DNA of 64,000 nt, taken from positions 2,272,001 to 2,336,000 of the forward strand of contig OY771506.1 of assembly GCA_963674705.1 (NCBI GenBank), written 5' to 3'. Source of the DNA: Phycisphaeraceae bacterium. GTDB taxonomy: Bacteria; Planctomycetota; Phycisphaerae; Phycisphaerales; Phycisphaeraceae. Below the pieces are notes generated by a model that was not told where the DNA came from, made no database searches, and saw only the letters and a list, made by a program, of their open reading frames with translations. Below, one piece after another: positions 19,073-29,151 of the stretch. Each line of letters opens with the position of its first letter. Positions within the stretch are counted from its first letter, which is position 1. The position numbers and the translations under genes were made by a program.

Positions 19073-20107
19073 ATGGACAAGGCTGCATTGAACTTAAGCG
19101 CACAATCCGACCCACGCCAGCAGGCCGACCTAGCCCGGCAGGTACTTGATGCAGAGGCTGATGCGATCCGTCAGATCGAGATCACCGAGGCATTTCACGC
19201 GGCGGTCGATGTCATATTGAAAGCCAAGGACGGCAATCTCGTCGTCTCCGGGCTGGGTAAGAGCGGGCTGATCGGGCAGAAACTGGCGGCCACGTTTGCC
19301 AGCACCGGCACGCCCAGCCACTTCATGCATCCGGTCGAAGCGATGCACGGCGATCTTGGCAAGGTCCGCAAGGGCGATGTCGTGCTGCTTCTATCGCATG
19401 GCGGGAATACCGATGAGGTGGTTTCGCTGGCGGAGTTGTTGATGCTCGACAACGTGCCGGTGATCGCGATGGTGGGAAAAGAAGATTGCGAGCTGGCGCG
19501 GATCGCGACGGTGACGCTACTCATCGGCGACATCACCGAAGCATGTCCGCACAATCTGGCGCCGACGGCGAGTACGGCCGCGATGCTGGCGCTGGGCGAT
19601 GCGCTGGCGCTGGTGGTCAGCCGCAGGCGCAACTTCGGCGTCAGTGACTTCCAGAAGTTCCACCCCGGCGGCGGACTTGGCAGGCAGTTGATGCCGGTCG
19701 TTCACGCGATGCGTTTCAAGGCCGGTGACAATCAGCCGTTGATCGGATTAGGTTTGAGCGTGCAACAGGCGTACGCCAAGGCCGAAGAGTTCGCCAACGA
19801 AGCGGGGCTGCGAAGAGCGGGGGCGCTATTGATCGTCGATGATGATGGCAAGCTGGCCGGCATCGTGACCGACGGCGACCTGCGATCTGCATTGATCAAC
19901 AAAGGTCCCGAAGTATGGGGCGGGCCGATCCGCGAACTGATGACGACAAACCCGACGACGTTGCCGCACACATCGTTGGTAAGGGATGCGGTACACATTG
20001 TGCGCGAAAGGCGTTTCGATGAGATTCCCGTGGTGGATGGGGAGGGTAAGCCTGTCGGGCTGATCGACGTGCAGGACCTGGCGGCGCTCAAGGTTATAGA
20101 AGGTTGA
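19073..20107 (+). CDS. kdsD: Arabinose-5-phosphate isomerase (KpsF/GutQ; SIS plus CBS domains), start approximate
   Basis: GLGKSGLIG, STGTPSHFMHPVEAMHGDLG, LAPTAST, FHPGGGLG, TDGDLR. Confidence 0.93.
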   Translation: MDKAALNLSAQSDPRQQADLARQVLDAEADAIRQIEITEAFHAAVDVILKAKDGNLVVSGLGKSGLIGQKLAATFASTGTPSHFMHPVEAMHGDLGKVRKGDVVLLLSHGGNTDEVVSLAELLMLDNVPVIAMVGKEDCELARIATVTLLIGDITEACPHNLAPTASTAAMLALGDALALVVSRRRNFGVSDFQKFHPGGGLGRQLMPVVHAMRFKAGDNQPLIGLGLSVQQAYAKAEEFANEAGLRRAGALLIVDDDGKLAGIVTDGDLRSALINKGPEVWGGPIRELMTTNPTTLPHTSLVRDAVHIVRERRFDEIPVVDGEGKPVGLIDVQDLAALKVIEG

Positions 20108-20250
20108 ACCACAGAGAAGACTATTGAAACAGGGATGAACACGGATGGACACAGATAAGAATTTAGATTGCTTAACTTCTTATCCTGTTCATCCGTGTTT
20201 ATCCCTGTTCATTTTATGCTGTCCTCTCTGTGCCTCTATGTCTCTGTGGT
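20108..20250. repeat. Nested inverted nonamer-type repeats filling the kdsD-kdsC spacer
   Basis: Outer ACCACAGAGA/TCTCTGTGGT; inner AACAGGGATGAACACGGATGGACA/TGTTCATCCGTGTTTATCCCTGTT. Confidence 0.8.
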
Positions 20251-20258
20251 AAAAACAA

Positions 20259-20771
20259 ATGTCCAAAGATATCCCTGATATTCAACTGATCGTATTCGAT
20301 GTTGATGGCGTCCTCACTGATGGTTCGCTGATCTATGACAATACAGGCAACGAATTCAAGCGATTCAATATTAAGGACGGCTTTGGTATCCGTGCGGCGC
20401 GGTTCAGTGGTTTGCAGGTGGGTATTTTGACGGCCCGTTCGAGCGAAGTTGTGAAGCGTCGTGCGGAGGAACTAAAGATCGACCATTACTTTGCCGGCTG
20501 CAAGGATAAGGCGGCGGGGATCGAAGCGATCGCGGAACGGGCGCATGTGTCGCTGGAGCAGACTGCGTTTATGGGTGATGACATTCTGGATCTGCCGGCG
20601 CTGAAAAAGGTTGCCTACCCGATGGCGGTTGCGGACGCGGCGATCGAAGTCCTGGAGGCCGCGAAGTTCGTTACAGAAGCCAAAGGCGGGCGCGGCGCGG
20701 CACGTGAAGCGGTCGAGCATATCCTGCGATCGCAAGGGAAGTGGGAAGCGGTGCTGGAAGCGTTTGGGTGA
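20259..20771 (+). CDS. kdsC: KDO-8-phosphate phosphatase (HAD family)
   Basis: FDVDGVLTDG, FNIKDGFGI, MGDDILD, GGRGAARE; adjacent to kdsD. Confidence 0.93.
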   Translation: MSKDIPDIQLIVFDVDGVLTDGSLIYDNTGNEFKRFNIKDGFGIRAARFSGLQVGILTARSSEVVKRRAEELKIDHYFAGCKDKAAGIEAIAERAHVSLEQTAFMGDDILDLPALKKVAYPMAVADAAIEVLEAAKFVTEAKGGRGAAREAVEHILRSQGKWEAVLEAFG

Positions 20772-21018
20772 ATAAGAAGTTTAACCGCAGAGAACGCGGA
20801 GTGCGCAGAGTAAGATAGATCTACTAATCTGATCAGTTTGGGGGATGAGATTGAAGCGCAACAATCCGTTTAGCGGGCGATCGCAGATCGCCGTGTTTTC
20901 TATGAATTACCCAACATATCGATGTGTTGATCTATTTGATTGAGTTCCAAGTGTTATATATTTAATGTCGAATGTCGTCAGATATGAAAAATCGAACAGG
21001 CCGGTTCATGCGCATGGG

Positions 21019-21912
21019 TCAGGCATGGAAAATCTCAAAGAAGAGTTCATAGTGTTCACCACGGTCGATGACAATGAACGAAACCGCTAATCCCATCAGT
21101 GGAATATCGTCTGCCTTTGGATCATTCGGCTCGGTGGTAAGGGGGATCTGAGCCATGAACCATCCTCGGCCGTTTTCATCCATTGGACTGTATTCCATGT
21201 TGGATTCGATCACACCGATCAGTCGATCGTTTGGGATGACGACAGACCATGGATCGTTACCCCCGAAGAAGGTCGTAACTCGCTTCTTAAGTTGATTCGC
21301 CTCCCATTCACTGCCCGAAAGGAAGGCTTTTGCCGCACGGTCGTAGCGATCATCGGCCATCATCGACACCCACTGCCAGAATGCTCCCAGGTAGTTTTCT
21401 TTTGTGTCAATGCGTGGGAAACGGATGAGTGATGATGTGTCTGAAATGTTTCGGTCTTCAAACACACGACTTCTTACGTTTGTGATGTCATTGGACCGCT
21501 TTGAGAATGATCGAAGCCTCGAACTTACCTCATCAACGATCGCATCTGTGATATGAAAACTTCCAAACAGAAGTAGGAACAGGGATATCGCTCCCATTGA
21601 GATAACTTCTGATCTTCTCAGGTCCGTTGACACTAAGACGGCTGTGACTGCCGTCCATGCAAGAATGCCGCCACATAGGGCCATGCCTGATGGCAGCATG
21701 GAATAGAATAGTACCTCTGCCGCATGGGTGGACAGACATACCCGACACACGATGATGGCTGTGATCCATACTGCCGCTAAGGCGAGCACCACGACAACCA
21801 CGTCAATGGGTAAGTAATAAATACCAAGGCCGGTGACTAGATATAGAACTGCGGTTGCGGGGGTCCACACCCATACACGCAGATTTCCTGTATTTTTTGG
21901 AACCTTCTTCAT
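21019..21912 (-). CDS. Hypothetical protein with N-terminal TM segments and a soluble C-terminal domain
   Basis: 297-aa ORF, lower GC than neighbours. Confidence 0.6.
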   Translation of the reverse strand: MKKVPKNTGNLRVWVWTPATAVLYLVTGLGIYYLPIDVVVVVLALAAVWITAIIVCRVCLSTHAAEVLFYSMLPSGMALCGGILAWTAVTAVLVSTDLRRSEVISMGAISLFLLLFGSFHITDAIVDEVSSRLRSFSKRSNDITNVRSRVFEDRNISDTSSLIRFPRIDTKENYLGAFWQWVSMMADDRYDRAAKAFLSGSEWEANQLKKRVTTFFGGNDPWSVVIPNDRLIGVIESNMEYSPMDENGRGWFMAQIPLTTEPNDPKADDIPLMGLAVSFIVIDRGEHYELFFEIFHA

Positions 21913-21950
21913 ACCGGTTTGAAGGTCTCATTCAGTGTGATCGAATAACT

Positions 21951-22262
21951 TCATTCGAATGAAGTCAGCAATTCATTCAACTCACTGATGGCCTTGCCAT
22001 CCCCGGCGGCGTTGGCTTTTTCCAGGCCTAGCTCAAGCGTCACCCTGGCGGCGGGGGTGTCGTCGAGGGCGTCCTGGGCTTTGGCTTTCTGGTAGTAGGC
22101 GTAGAGGTAGTTGGCATCGATCGCGAGGGTTTTGTCGAGCCAGGTGATGACACTCGGGTAATCCCCAGCTTTGACGTGTTCCATCGCGATCATGTAGGTG
22201 ATGTCAGCATCGGCAGGGTCGGCGGCGTGGAGTTTTTCGAGTTGTTCGAGTCGATCTGGCAT
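21951..22262 (-). CDS. Small tetratricopeptide-repeat protein
   Basis: DPADADITYMIAME...DANYLYAYYQKAKA TPR-like helices. Confidence 0.82.
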   Translation of the reverse strand: MPDRLEQLEKLHAADPADADITYMIAMEHVKAGDYPSVITWLDKTLAIDANYLYAYYQKAKAQDALDDTPAARVTLELGLEKANAAGDGKAISELNELLTSFE

Positions 22263-22276
22263 GTGGGGATTGTAGC

Positions 22277-22384
22277 GGGGGGTTGGGGATTCGGGGCTGG
22301 GGATTGGGGGAAATCAATAGAACAGTGATGGAATCTGATGCTCTGTGGCATCCCCCAATCCCTAAATCCCAACCCCCAATCCCC
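22277..22384. repeat. Inverted pair of heptamer arrays (GGGGATT / AATCCCC)
   Basis: G-rich block 22277-22310 and C-rich block 22352-22384 between divergent genes. Confidence 0.8.
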
Positions 22385-22428
22385 AAAATACTTGCGAAAA
22401 TCGTTCAATTTTCTCATACTTAACCCCC

Positions 22429-22914
22429 ATGAAAATAGGCGTCATCAGCGACACGCATGATCGGCTGCCCCCATTTCGACGGGCAATAGCATTATTCGAG
22501 CGGTTAGGAGTGGAGGCGATCCTGCACGCGGGAGATGTGATCGCTCCTTTTGCAGCGAAGTTGATCGCGCAAGATGCGGTGTCCGTGCCGGTGTATTGCG
22601 TCTATGGCAACAACGATGGTGAGCGAGCGGGATTGAAGAAAGTGTTGCCACAGATCGTCGATGGTCCTTTGCGGATTGAGCTTGGTGGCAAGACGATCGT
22701 GATGCATCACTGGATCGAATGGCTCAAGCCTGCCGACATTGCTCGGGCGGACATCGTCATCACCGGCCACACCCACGAAGTCGTCAACCAGACAAGCGAC
22801 GGCATCCTCTACCTCAACCCCGGCGAGTGCTGCGGCTGGGTCAACGACCGCTGCACGATCATGGTGCTGGACACGGAGCAGATGAAGGCGGATCTTGTGG
22901 AGATAAAGGGATAG
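22429..22914 (+). CDS. YfcE/MJ0936-family metallophosphoesterase
   Basis: ISDTHD, HAGD, GNND, GHTH, NPG. Confidence 0.92.
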   Translation: MKIGVISDTHDRLPPFRRAIALFERLGVEAILHAGDVIAPFAAKLIAQDAVSVPVYCVYGNNDGERAGLKKVLPQIVDGPLRIELGGKTIVMHHWIEWLKPADIARADIVITGHTHEVVNQTSDGILYLNPGECCGWVNDRCTIMVLDTEQMKADLVEIKG

Positions 22915-22931
22915 GGTGTGGGGCGGTTCCT

Positions 22932-23032
22932 ATTTATGATTTAGGATTGGAGATTTATGATTTGTTCAGATCGGTGTGACTAAGGCAATGCTGGTCTTTT
23001 AAATCATCAATCCTAAATCATAAATCCTAAAT
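22932..23032. repeat. Inverted pair of heptamer arrays (ATTTAKG / AAATCMT)
   Basis: atttatg atttagg attggag atttatg ... aaatcat caatcct aaatcat aaatcct; same unit recurs near 60088-60119. Confidence 0.8.
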
Positions 23033-23128
23033 TCCCTGCCCTTTCGCGGCTGCACCGCGAATGCTACACTGGCTCAAATCCGGTTCGGCTGCCGGATATG
23101 TCTACCCCTACCTAAATACACATAAACC

Positions 23129-26100
23129 ATGCCCAAACGTGACGATATCCGCACAATCCTCATCATAGGCTCGGGGCCGATCGTGATCGGTCAGGGCTGT
23201 GAGTTCGACTATTCTGGCACGCAGGCCTGCAAGGCGCTGAAGGAAGAGGGGTTCCAGGTCGTGCTGGTCAACTCCAACCCGGCGACGATCATGACGGACC
23301 CGCAGTTCAGCGACCGGACCTACATCGAACCAATCACGCCCGAGGCAGTGACCAAGATCATCGAGAAGGAGAAAGGCGGCGACTACGAGATCGACGCTCT
23401 GCTTCCGACGCTGGGTGGGCAGACGGCCCTGAACTGTGCGTGCGAGCTGTACGACACGGGCGTTCTGACCAAGCACGGCGTCGAGATGATCGGGGCGTCT
23501 CGTGAAGTCATCTACCGGGCGGAAGACCGCCAGCAGTTCAAAGACATCATCGAATCGATCGGGCTCAAGTGTCCGGATGCCGGGGTCGCGAATTCGATGG
23601 ATCAGGCGTACGAGATCCTCGACCGGGTGGGGCTGCCCGCGATTATCAGGCCGGCGTTCACACTCGGCGGGACGGGCGGCGGCGTGGCATACAACCGCGA
23701 AGAGTTTGCCGACATCGCCAAGCGTGGGCTTGATGCGTCGATGAACCACCAGATCCTGATCGACCAGTCGCTGCTTGGCTGGAAGGAATACGAGTTGGAG
23801 GTCATGCGGGACCACGACGACAACGTCGTGATCATCTGCTCGATTGAGAACTTCGATCCGATGGGCGTACACACCGGCGACTCGATCACGATCGCGCCGG
23901 CCCAAACCTTAACAGACAAGGAATATCAGCGGCTGCGTGACGCTTCGTGTGCGATCATCCGTGCGGTGGGCGTGGAGACGGGCGGATCGAACATCCAGTT
24001 CGGCGTGAACCCGGACAATGGGGATGTGGTCGTCATCGAGATGAACCCGCGTGTGTCGCGGTCCAGTGCGCTAGCCAGTAAAGCGACGGGCTTCCCGATC
24101 GCGAAGATCGCGGCGAAGCTGGCGGTCGGTTATTCGCTGTGGGAACTGCCGAATGACATCACGGGCAAGACGGTCGCGTGCTTTGAGCCGACGATCGATT
24201 ATGTCGTGACGAAGATTCCTCGTTGGACGTTTGAGAAGTTCCCTGAAGCGGACGAGACGCTGACGACGCAGATGAAGTCGGTCGGCGAAGCGATGTCGAT
24301 CGGTCGGACGTTCAAGGAGAGCCTGCAGAAAGGCATCCGCTCGATGGAGGTCAAGCGGTTCGGGCTAGGTCTTGATGCGAATGATAAATGGCTCAATGCC
24401 AAGCGTGGTGTGAAGAACGCGGACGGCTCGAATGTAGAATGGCCGATCGAAGAGATGAAGCTCAGTCGCAAGCTGACGGTACCTTCGCAGGGCCGGATGT
24501 ATTACCTGCGGTATGCGTTCAAGATGGGCTGGTCGATCGACCAGGTCTACGCAGCCACGAAGATCGACAAGTGGTATCTCGATCAGATCAAGCAGCTCGT
24601 AGATTTTGAGGAGGTGTTGTGCGGTTTCGAGAAGCTCGAAGATTTGCCGCGCGAGGTGCTTTTCAAGGCTAAGCAGTTGGGGTATTCCGACCCGCAGTTA
24701 GCGAACCTTTACCTTGGCAAGATCAGCACGGACACGATTTTAGCAGTGCGTGCTTATCGTAAGTCGCTCAAGGTAGAGCCGGTGTACAAGCTGGTGGATA
24801 CCTGTGCTGCGGAGTTCGAGGCGGCGACGCCTTATTACTACTCGACGTATGAGACGCCGATCAAGCAGATCGAGAACGGCGCCGTTACATCGGTGTTAGA
24901 TGATGAAGTCCGCGTGACGGATAAGAAGAAGGTGATCATCTTGGGCGGTGGACCGAACCGGATCGGGCAGGGCATCGAGTTCGACTATTGCTGCGTGCAG
25001 GCCGCGTTCGCTGCGGACGAACTGGGCTATGAGTCCGTCATGATCAACTCGAATCCGGAAACGGTATCGACCGACTACGACACATCTGATTTGCTGTTTT
25101 TCGAGCCGTTGACGCTGGAAGATGTGTTGAACATCTGCGAAAGGCTGAACGGCGGGGCGTTCGGGGATGAAGATTCGGCTGGGAATGTCCATGGCGTGGT
25201 CGTGCAATTCGGTGGGCAAACGCCGTTGAATCTGGCGCACGGTCTGGAGAAGGCCGGCGTACCGATCATTGGGACGTGTGTGGATTCGATCGATTTGGCG
25301 GAAGACCGCGAGCGATTCAGCGAGCTGATCAAGAGCCTGGGGATCAAGCAGCCTGCCAACGGTATTGCGTACGATGTGGATGAAGCGATCAAGATCGCAA
25401 ACGACATCGGGTATCCCGTGCTGGTCCGACCGAGCTTTGTGTTGGGCGGGCGTGCGATGGCGACGGTGTTCGATGATGAACAGTTGCGTCACTACATGGC
25501 GATCGCGCTGGGCGCCAGCGACCTGGCGGGCCAGCCGATCCTGATCGACCAGTTCCTGGCCGAAGCAGTCGAGTGCGACGTGGATGTTGTGGGTGACTTC
25601 TTTTCCGATACCCGAAACCCGAATCCCGATACCCGCGCTCTCGTTTGCGGCGTGATGGAGCACATCGAGGAAGCCGGCATCCACTCCGGTGACTCGGCTT
25701 GTGCGATCCCTCCTTACTCCTTGCCTGCGGATGTGGTGGAAGAGTTGAAGGATTTGTCGCGGAAGCTGGCCGAATCGCTGAACGTGCGGGGGCTGATGAA
25801 CGTGCAGTGGGCGGTGCGTCGGCCCGGTGATGCTAGAGATAAGCACGAGATCTACGTGATCGAGGTGAATCCACGTGCGTCGCGGACCGTGCCGTTCGTG
25901 AGCAAGGCCTGTGGTGTGCCTTGGGCGCTCAATGCCGCGAAGGTGATGATCGAGAAGCAGCTCAGTGATTTGGGCATGACCGAAGAGGTTGTGCCGAAGC
26001 ACACGTCGGTGAAAGAATCGGTGTTCCCATTCAGCAAGTTCCCGGGCGTGGATGTGATCCTTGGGCCGGAGATGCGGTCGACAGGCGAATGCATGGGTGC

Positions 26101-26599
26101 GGATACGAACTTCCCGGTCGCGTTTGCCAAGAGCCAGATGTCGGCCGGCGTGTCGCTGCCGTTGAGCGGGAAGATTTTCCTGTCGGTACGAAACAGCGAT
26201 AAACCTGCGTGTGAACCGATCGCGAAACGGCTGATCGACATGGGCTACGAGGTCTACACCACAGGCGGCACGTACTCGCACTTGGCGGATTGTGGTATCG
26301 AAACGAACCGGTTGCACAAGATCAGTGAAGGCAGGCCAAACGCGATCGACATGATTAAGAACGGCGAGCTTGGTCTGCTGATCAACACCCCGACTCGTAA
26401 GGGACCGGCCACGGACGAGGGCAAGCTGCGTGCGACGGCGGTTCGGTTCAACGTGCCTATGATCACGACGCTGACGGGTGCGAGTTGTGCGGTCGATGCG
26501 ATTGCCGCGTTGCGGGCTGATGCCTGGACGGTGCACGCCTTACAGGACTACTTCCCACATACGGCCAGGCGTGTCGTAGATACGGTTGTGTCCAGCTAA
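23129..26599 (+). CDS. carB: Carbamoyl-phosphate synthase large subunit
   Basis: [22 protein letters not shown], two ATP-grasp halves, MGS-like C-terminus. Confidence 0.98.
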   Translation: MPKRDDIRTILIIGSGPIVIGQGCEFDYSGTQACKALKEEGFQVVLVNSNPATIMTDPQFSDRTYIEPITPEAVTKIIEKEKGGDYEIDALLPTLGGQTALNCACELYDTGVLTKHGVEMIGASREVIYRAEDRQQFKDIIESIGLKCPDAGVANSMDQAYEILDRVGLPAIIRPAFTLGGTGGGVAYNREEFADIAKRGLDASMNHQILIDQSLLGWKEYELEVMRDHDDNVVIICSIENFDPMGVHTGDSITIAPAQTLTDKEYQRLRDASCAIIRAVGVETGGSNIQFGVNPDNGDVVVIEMNPRVSRSSALASKATGFPIAKIAAKLAVGYSLWELPNDITGKTVACFEPTIDYVVTKIPRWTFEKFPEADETLTTQMKSVGEAMSIGRTFKESLQKGIRSMEVKRFGLGLDANDKWLNAKRGVKNADGSNVEWPIEEMKLSRKLTVPSQGRMYYLRYAFKMGWSIDQVYAATKIDKWYLDQIKQLVDFEEVLCGFEKLEDLPREVLFKAKQLGYSDPQLANLYLGKISTDTILAVRAYRKSLKVEPVYKLVDTCAAEFEAATPYYYSTYETPIKQIENGAVTSVLDDEVRVTDKKKVIILGGGPNRIGQGIEFDYCCVQAAFAADELGYESVMINSNPETVSTDYDTSDLLFFEPLTLEDVLNICERLNGGAFGDEDSAGNVHGVVVQFGGQTPLNLAHGLEKAGVPIIGTCVDSIDLAEDRERFSELIKSLGIKQPANGIAYDVDEAIKIANDIGYPVLVRPSFVLGGRAMATVFDDEQLRHYMAIALGASDLAGQPILIDQFLAEAVECDVDVVGDFFSDTRNPNPDTRALVCGVMEHIEEAGIHSGDSACAIPPYSLPADVVEELKDLSRKLAESLNVRGLMNVQWAVRRPGDARDKHEIYVIEVNPRASRTVPFVSKACGVPWALNAAKVMIEKQLSDLGMTEEVVPKHTSVKESVFPFSKFPGVDVILGPEMRSTGECMGADTNFPVAFAKSQMSAGVSLPLSGKIFLSVRNSDKPACEPIAKRLIDMGYEVYTTGGTYSHLADCGIETNRLHKISEGRPNAIDMIKNGELGLLINTPTRKGPATDEGKLRATAVRFNVPMITTLTGASCAVDAIAALRADAWTVHALQDYFPHTARRVVDTVVSS

Positions 26600-26610
26600 G
26601 GCTGCTTATT

Positions 26611-26702
26611 GCCGCGAATGAACGCCAATAAACGCGAATGATTGGGGATGTGATACTGAAGGATCAAGTGATTATTTGCGTAGATTTGCGTTCATCCGCG
26701 GC
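26611..26702. repeat. Inverted nonamer repeats downstream of carB
   Basis: GCCGCGAATGAACGCCAATAAACGCGAAT ... ATTTGCGTAGATTTGCGTTCATCCGCGGC. Confidence 0.75.
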
Positions 26703-26721
26703 TCAATACCATTTTGGCAAT

Positions 26722-26747
26722 AAAAAACCCCGCGACGAGCGCGGGGC
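26722..26747 (-). terminator. Intrinsic terminator of the small lipoprotein gene
   Basis: AAAAAA CCCCGCG-acgag-CGCGGGG. Confidence 0.7.
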
Positions 26748-26779
26748 GTGTGGTTCACATTAACGTATTGTTTAAAAGA

Positions 26780-27040
26780 TCAAGGCACCGGGTAGGGGGT
26801 AAGGCGGCTGTTGCGGTGCATGAGCATGAAGCGATCCAGATCATCCCATGCGGCGCGGAGGTTATTGTCGAAGATCCGGGCCTTGTCGTTGGCGTACATC
26901 TCGCTACTGCGAGTACTAGTCGCCAATTCCGGGGTCATATTGTGGCGAACCTGGCCGGCGGTCACTCGGCCGCAACCGGTCATTGACGCCAGGGACAGGC
27001 CAAGCACCAGAAGGCACAACATCTTGGTCATGTGTCGCAT
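26780..27040 (-). CDS. Small putative lipoprotein
   Basis: Signal peptide with lipobox-like MTGC; AGGTGG RBS; own terminator. Confidence 0.75.
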   Translation of the reverse strand: MRHMTKMLCLLVLGLSLASMTGCGRVTAGQVRHNMTPELATSTRSSEMYANDKARIFDNNLRAAWDDLDRFMLMHRNSRLTPYPVP

Positions 27041-27135
27041 GAGATACCACCTAAATACTGGTCAGGAATGAAGGTGCATTGTCCGGATTTGGGGGCCGGT
27101 TGTCAAACGGATTCTTGCAATCCCGCTGGGATTGA

Positions 27136-27960
27136 TCAGGGTTCAGTCTGGTCGGGATTATCGGGCGTCTCAGGTGCCGGGGGGCTCTGATTGGCCCCCG
27201 GAAGCAGTGTCTGGGCCTCTTCCAGGGCATTCTCCTGTCCTGAATCCAACTTGGGCTTTGGGATTTTGATCCGCAGGGTCAATTCCGAGCCGTAGGGGGG
27301 GATCGCCTCTTTATTGATCTGCAGTTGCTGGAAGTCGGTGTCCTGAGTGGTATCGGTCTTGCGGACGATCAAATCATCTCCGAAGTTGACCAGAGATACG
27401 ATCGTGCCTGCCTCGTTGGCCATGTAGTATTCCCTGCCCTGCCATTCACGGAAGTCCGAGCCGGTAAAGAGCCATTTGCATGGTTCGATCGGCTCACCGG
27501 TTTCTTTGTCCAGTACCCAGTCGTAAGCGGGGACTTCCACTTCCTTGCCGTCTTTTTCGTAGACGAAGCTAAGCATGAGCTCGGGGCCGGTCGGCGGATC
27601 GGTGAGGATCTTGTCCTCTACCAGGCGGTTTTTCTGGGGTGAGCCGGGTTCCAGGCCCAGCTTGATCAGTTCCAGGTGGATCAGGCTGGGTTCGATATCG
27701 ATGGTGACGATGGCCTCGTGCTCTCGGCCTTTGGGCCCGGGCGTGGTCGCGACCAGTTCCAGCCATTGCGGTTCAGCAGGGACCATCTTTGCTTTCAGAT
27801 CGATGACGCGGTTTTCGCGATCGACGGTCATGATTTGTTCTGCTTCGTCGACCGGTGCGGATTCGGCATCGTTCACAGCAGGGGGCTCGGCTTGCAGCAC
27901 GCTTGCAACCGCCAGGCATGCGGCAGTGGATGTAAACCATCGTTTCAGTCGTTGGGTCAT
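27136..27960 (-). CDS. Secreted YdjY-domain-like protein
   Basis: Signal peptide; LELVA...REHEAIV...PSLIHLELIKLGLEPG...WLFTGS...IVSLVNFGD. Confidence 0.75.
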   Translation of the reverse strand: MTQRLKRWFTSTAACLAVASVLQAEPPAVNDAESAPVDEAEQIMTVDRENRVIDLKAKMVPAEPQWLELVATTPGPKGREHEAIVTIDIEPSLIHLELIKLGLEPGSPQKNRLVEDKILTDPPTGPELMLSFVYEKDGKEVEVPAYDWVLDKETGEPIEPCKWLFTGSDFREWQGREYYMANEAGTIVSLVNFGDDLIVRKTDTTQDTDFQQLQINKEAIPPYGSELTLRIKIPKPKLDSGQENALEEAQTLLPGANQSPPAPETPDNPDQTEP

Positions 27961-28092
27961 CGGAACCTCCTGCGAGGTATAGTTGGGGGCGCGGGCTTAG
28001 GGTAAACTGACGGTTGACAGAGGGCGGTTACTGACGAACGTCTGACCAGTTGAGATACAATCATACCCGGGCAGTAGTCAGGAGGCAGATCA

Positions 28093-29151
28093 GTGGGCGA
28101 AGACATGATTGGCATCGGCTTCATCGGGGCGGGTGGGATCGCCAGGCATCGCCATATCCCTGGATTGAAGGCTGTGCCCGGCGTAAAACTGGTCGCGGTC
28201 TGCAATCGAAGTGAAGTCAGTTCGCGAAAGGCGGCCGCGGAGTTCGGTTTTGCAGAGATAGAGCAGGATTGGCTAGACCTGATCGCACGGGATGATGTGA
28301 ATGCGGTGTTCATCGGGACCTGGCCTTACACGCATTGCGAGATGTCGATCGCTGCGCTCGCGGCGGGAAAGCATGTGTTCTGCCAGGCGCGGATGGCGAT
28401 GAACCTTGCGGAAGCCGAGCAGATGGTGGCCGCCGCACAGGCCAAGCCCGAACTGGTAAACATGTTGTGCCCTCCGCCGCACCGTATGCCGTATGAACCG
28501 TTTGTTCGGACTGCGATCCGCAAAGGGGTGCTGGGTGAACTGCGCGAGGTCGAGGTGGCTTGTCTTGATGCGAGCTGTGACAAACCGGATGTGATTTCCT
28601 GGCGGGAGCGGATCGAGTATTCGGGCAAGCAGGTGATGCAGGTCGGTATCTGGGCGGAATTGCTCAACGCCTGGGTTGGTGAGTACGAGATGCTAAAAGC
28701 GACGTGCCACACACCCGTGCCCTCGAAAACCGGTCCGGATGGCAGGTCCTACACCATCCAGATCCCGCAGGTGGTGCTCATCGAAGGGCGTTTGGTTAAC
28801 GGGGCGTCGATCAATGAACAACATTCCGGTGTCAGCCAGGAACCGCCGATGAATTCGATCACCATCTACGGCTCGGCGGCACGCTTGCGTTACCACATCG
28901 GCGGGCAGTTGCTGTTCGGCAAGACCGGCGAGCCGCTGAAACCCGCGGAGGTGCCCGAACAATTGATGTGTTCCTGGCAGGTGGAATCGAGCTTCATCGC
29001 CGCGGTCCGTGCGGCTCGGGCCGGGGTGCCGCCCCAGCAACGCCGGGTCAGCCCGGATTTTGTGGAGGGTTTGAAGTACATGAAGAAGGTGGAGGCGATT
29101 CATCTGTCGGCCCAGACCGGTCAGGCTGTCAAGGTGTGTGAAGCTGGATGA
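28093..29151 (+). CDS. Gfo/Idh/MocA-family oxidoreductase
   Basis: IGFIGAGGIA, VAVCNRS, AGKHVFCQARMA; GGAGG RBS. Confidence 0.92.
   Translation: MGEDMIGIGFIGAGGIARHRHIPGLKAVPGVKLVAVCNRSEVSSRKAAAEFGFAEIEQDWLDLIARDDVNAVFIGTWPYTHCEMSIAALAAGKHVFCQARMAMNLAEAEQMVAAAQAKPELVNMLCPPPHRMPYEPFVRTAIRKGVLGELREVEVACLDASCDKPDVISWRERIEYSGKQVMQVGIWAELLNAWVGEYEMLKATCHTPVPSKTGPDGRSYTIQIPQVVLIEGRLVNGASINEQHSGVSQEPPMNSITIYGSAARLRYHIGGQLLFGKTGEPLKPAEVPEQLMCSWQVESSFIAAVRAARAGVPPQQRRVSPDFVEGLKYMKKVEAIHLSAQTGQAVKVCEAG

Noticed and set aside
24896..26536. 546-aa minus-strand ORF
   Set aside because: Antisense shadow of carB with no recognisable motifs.
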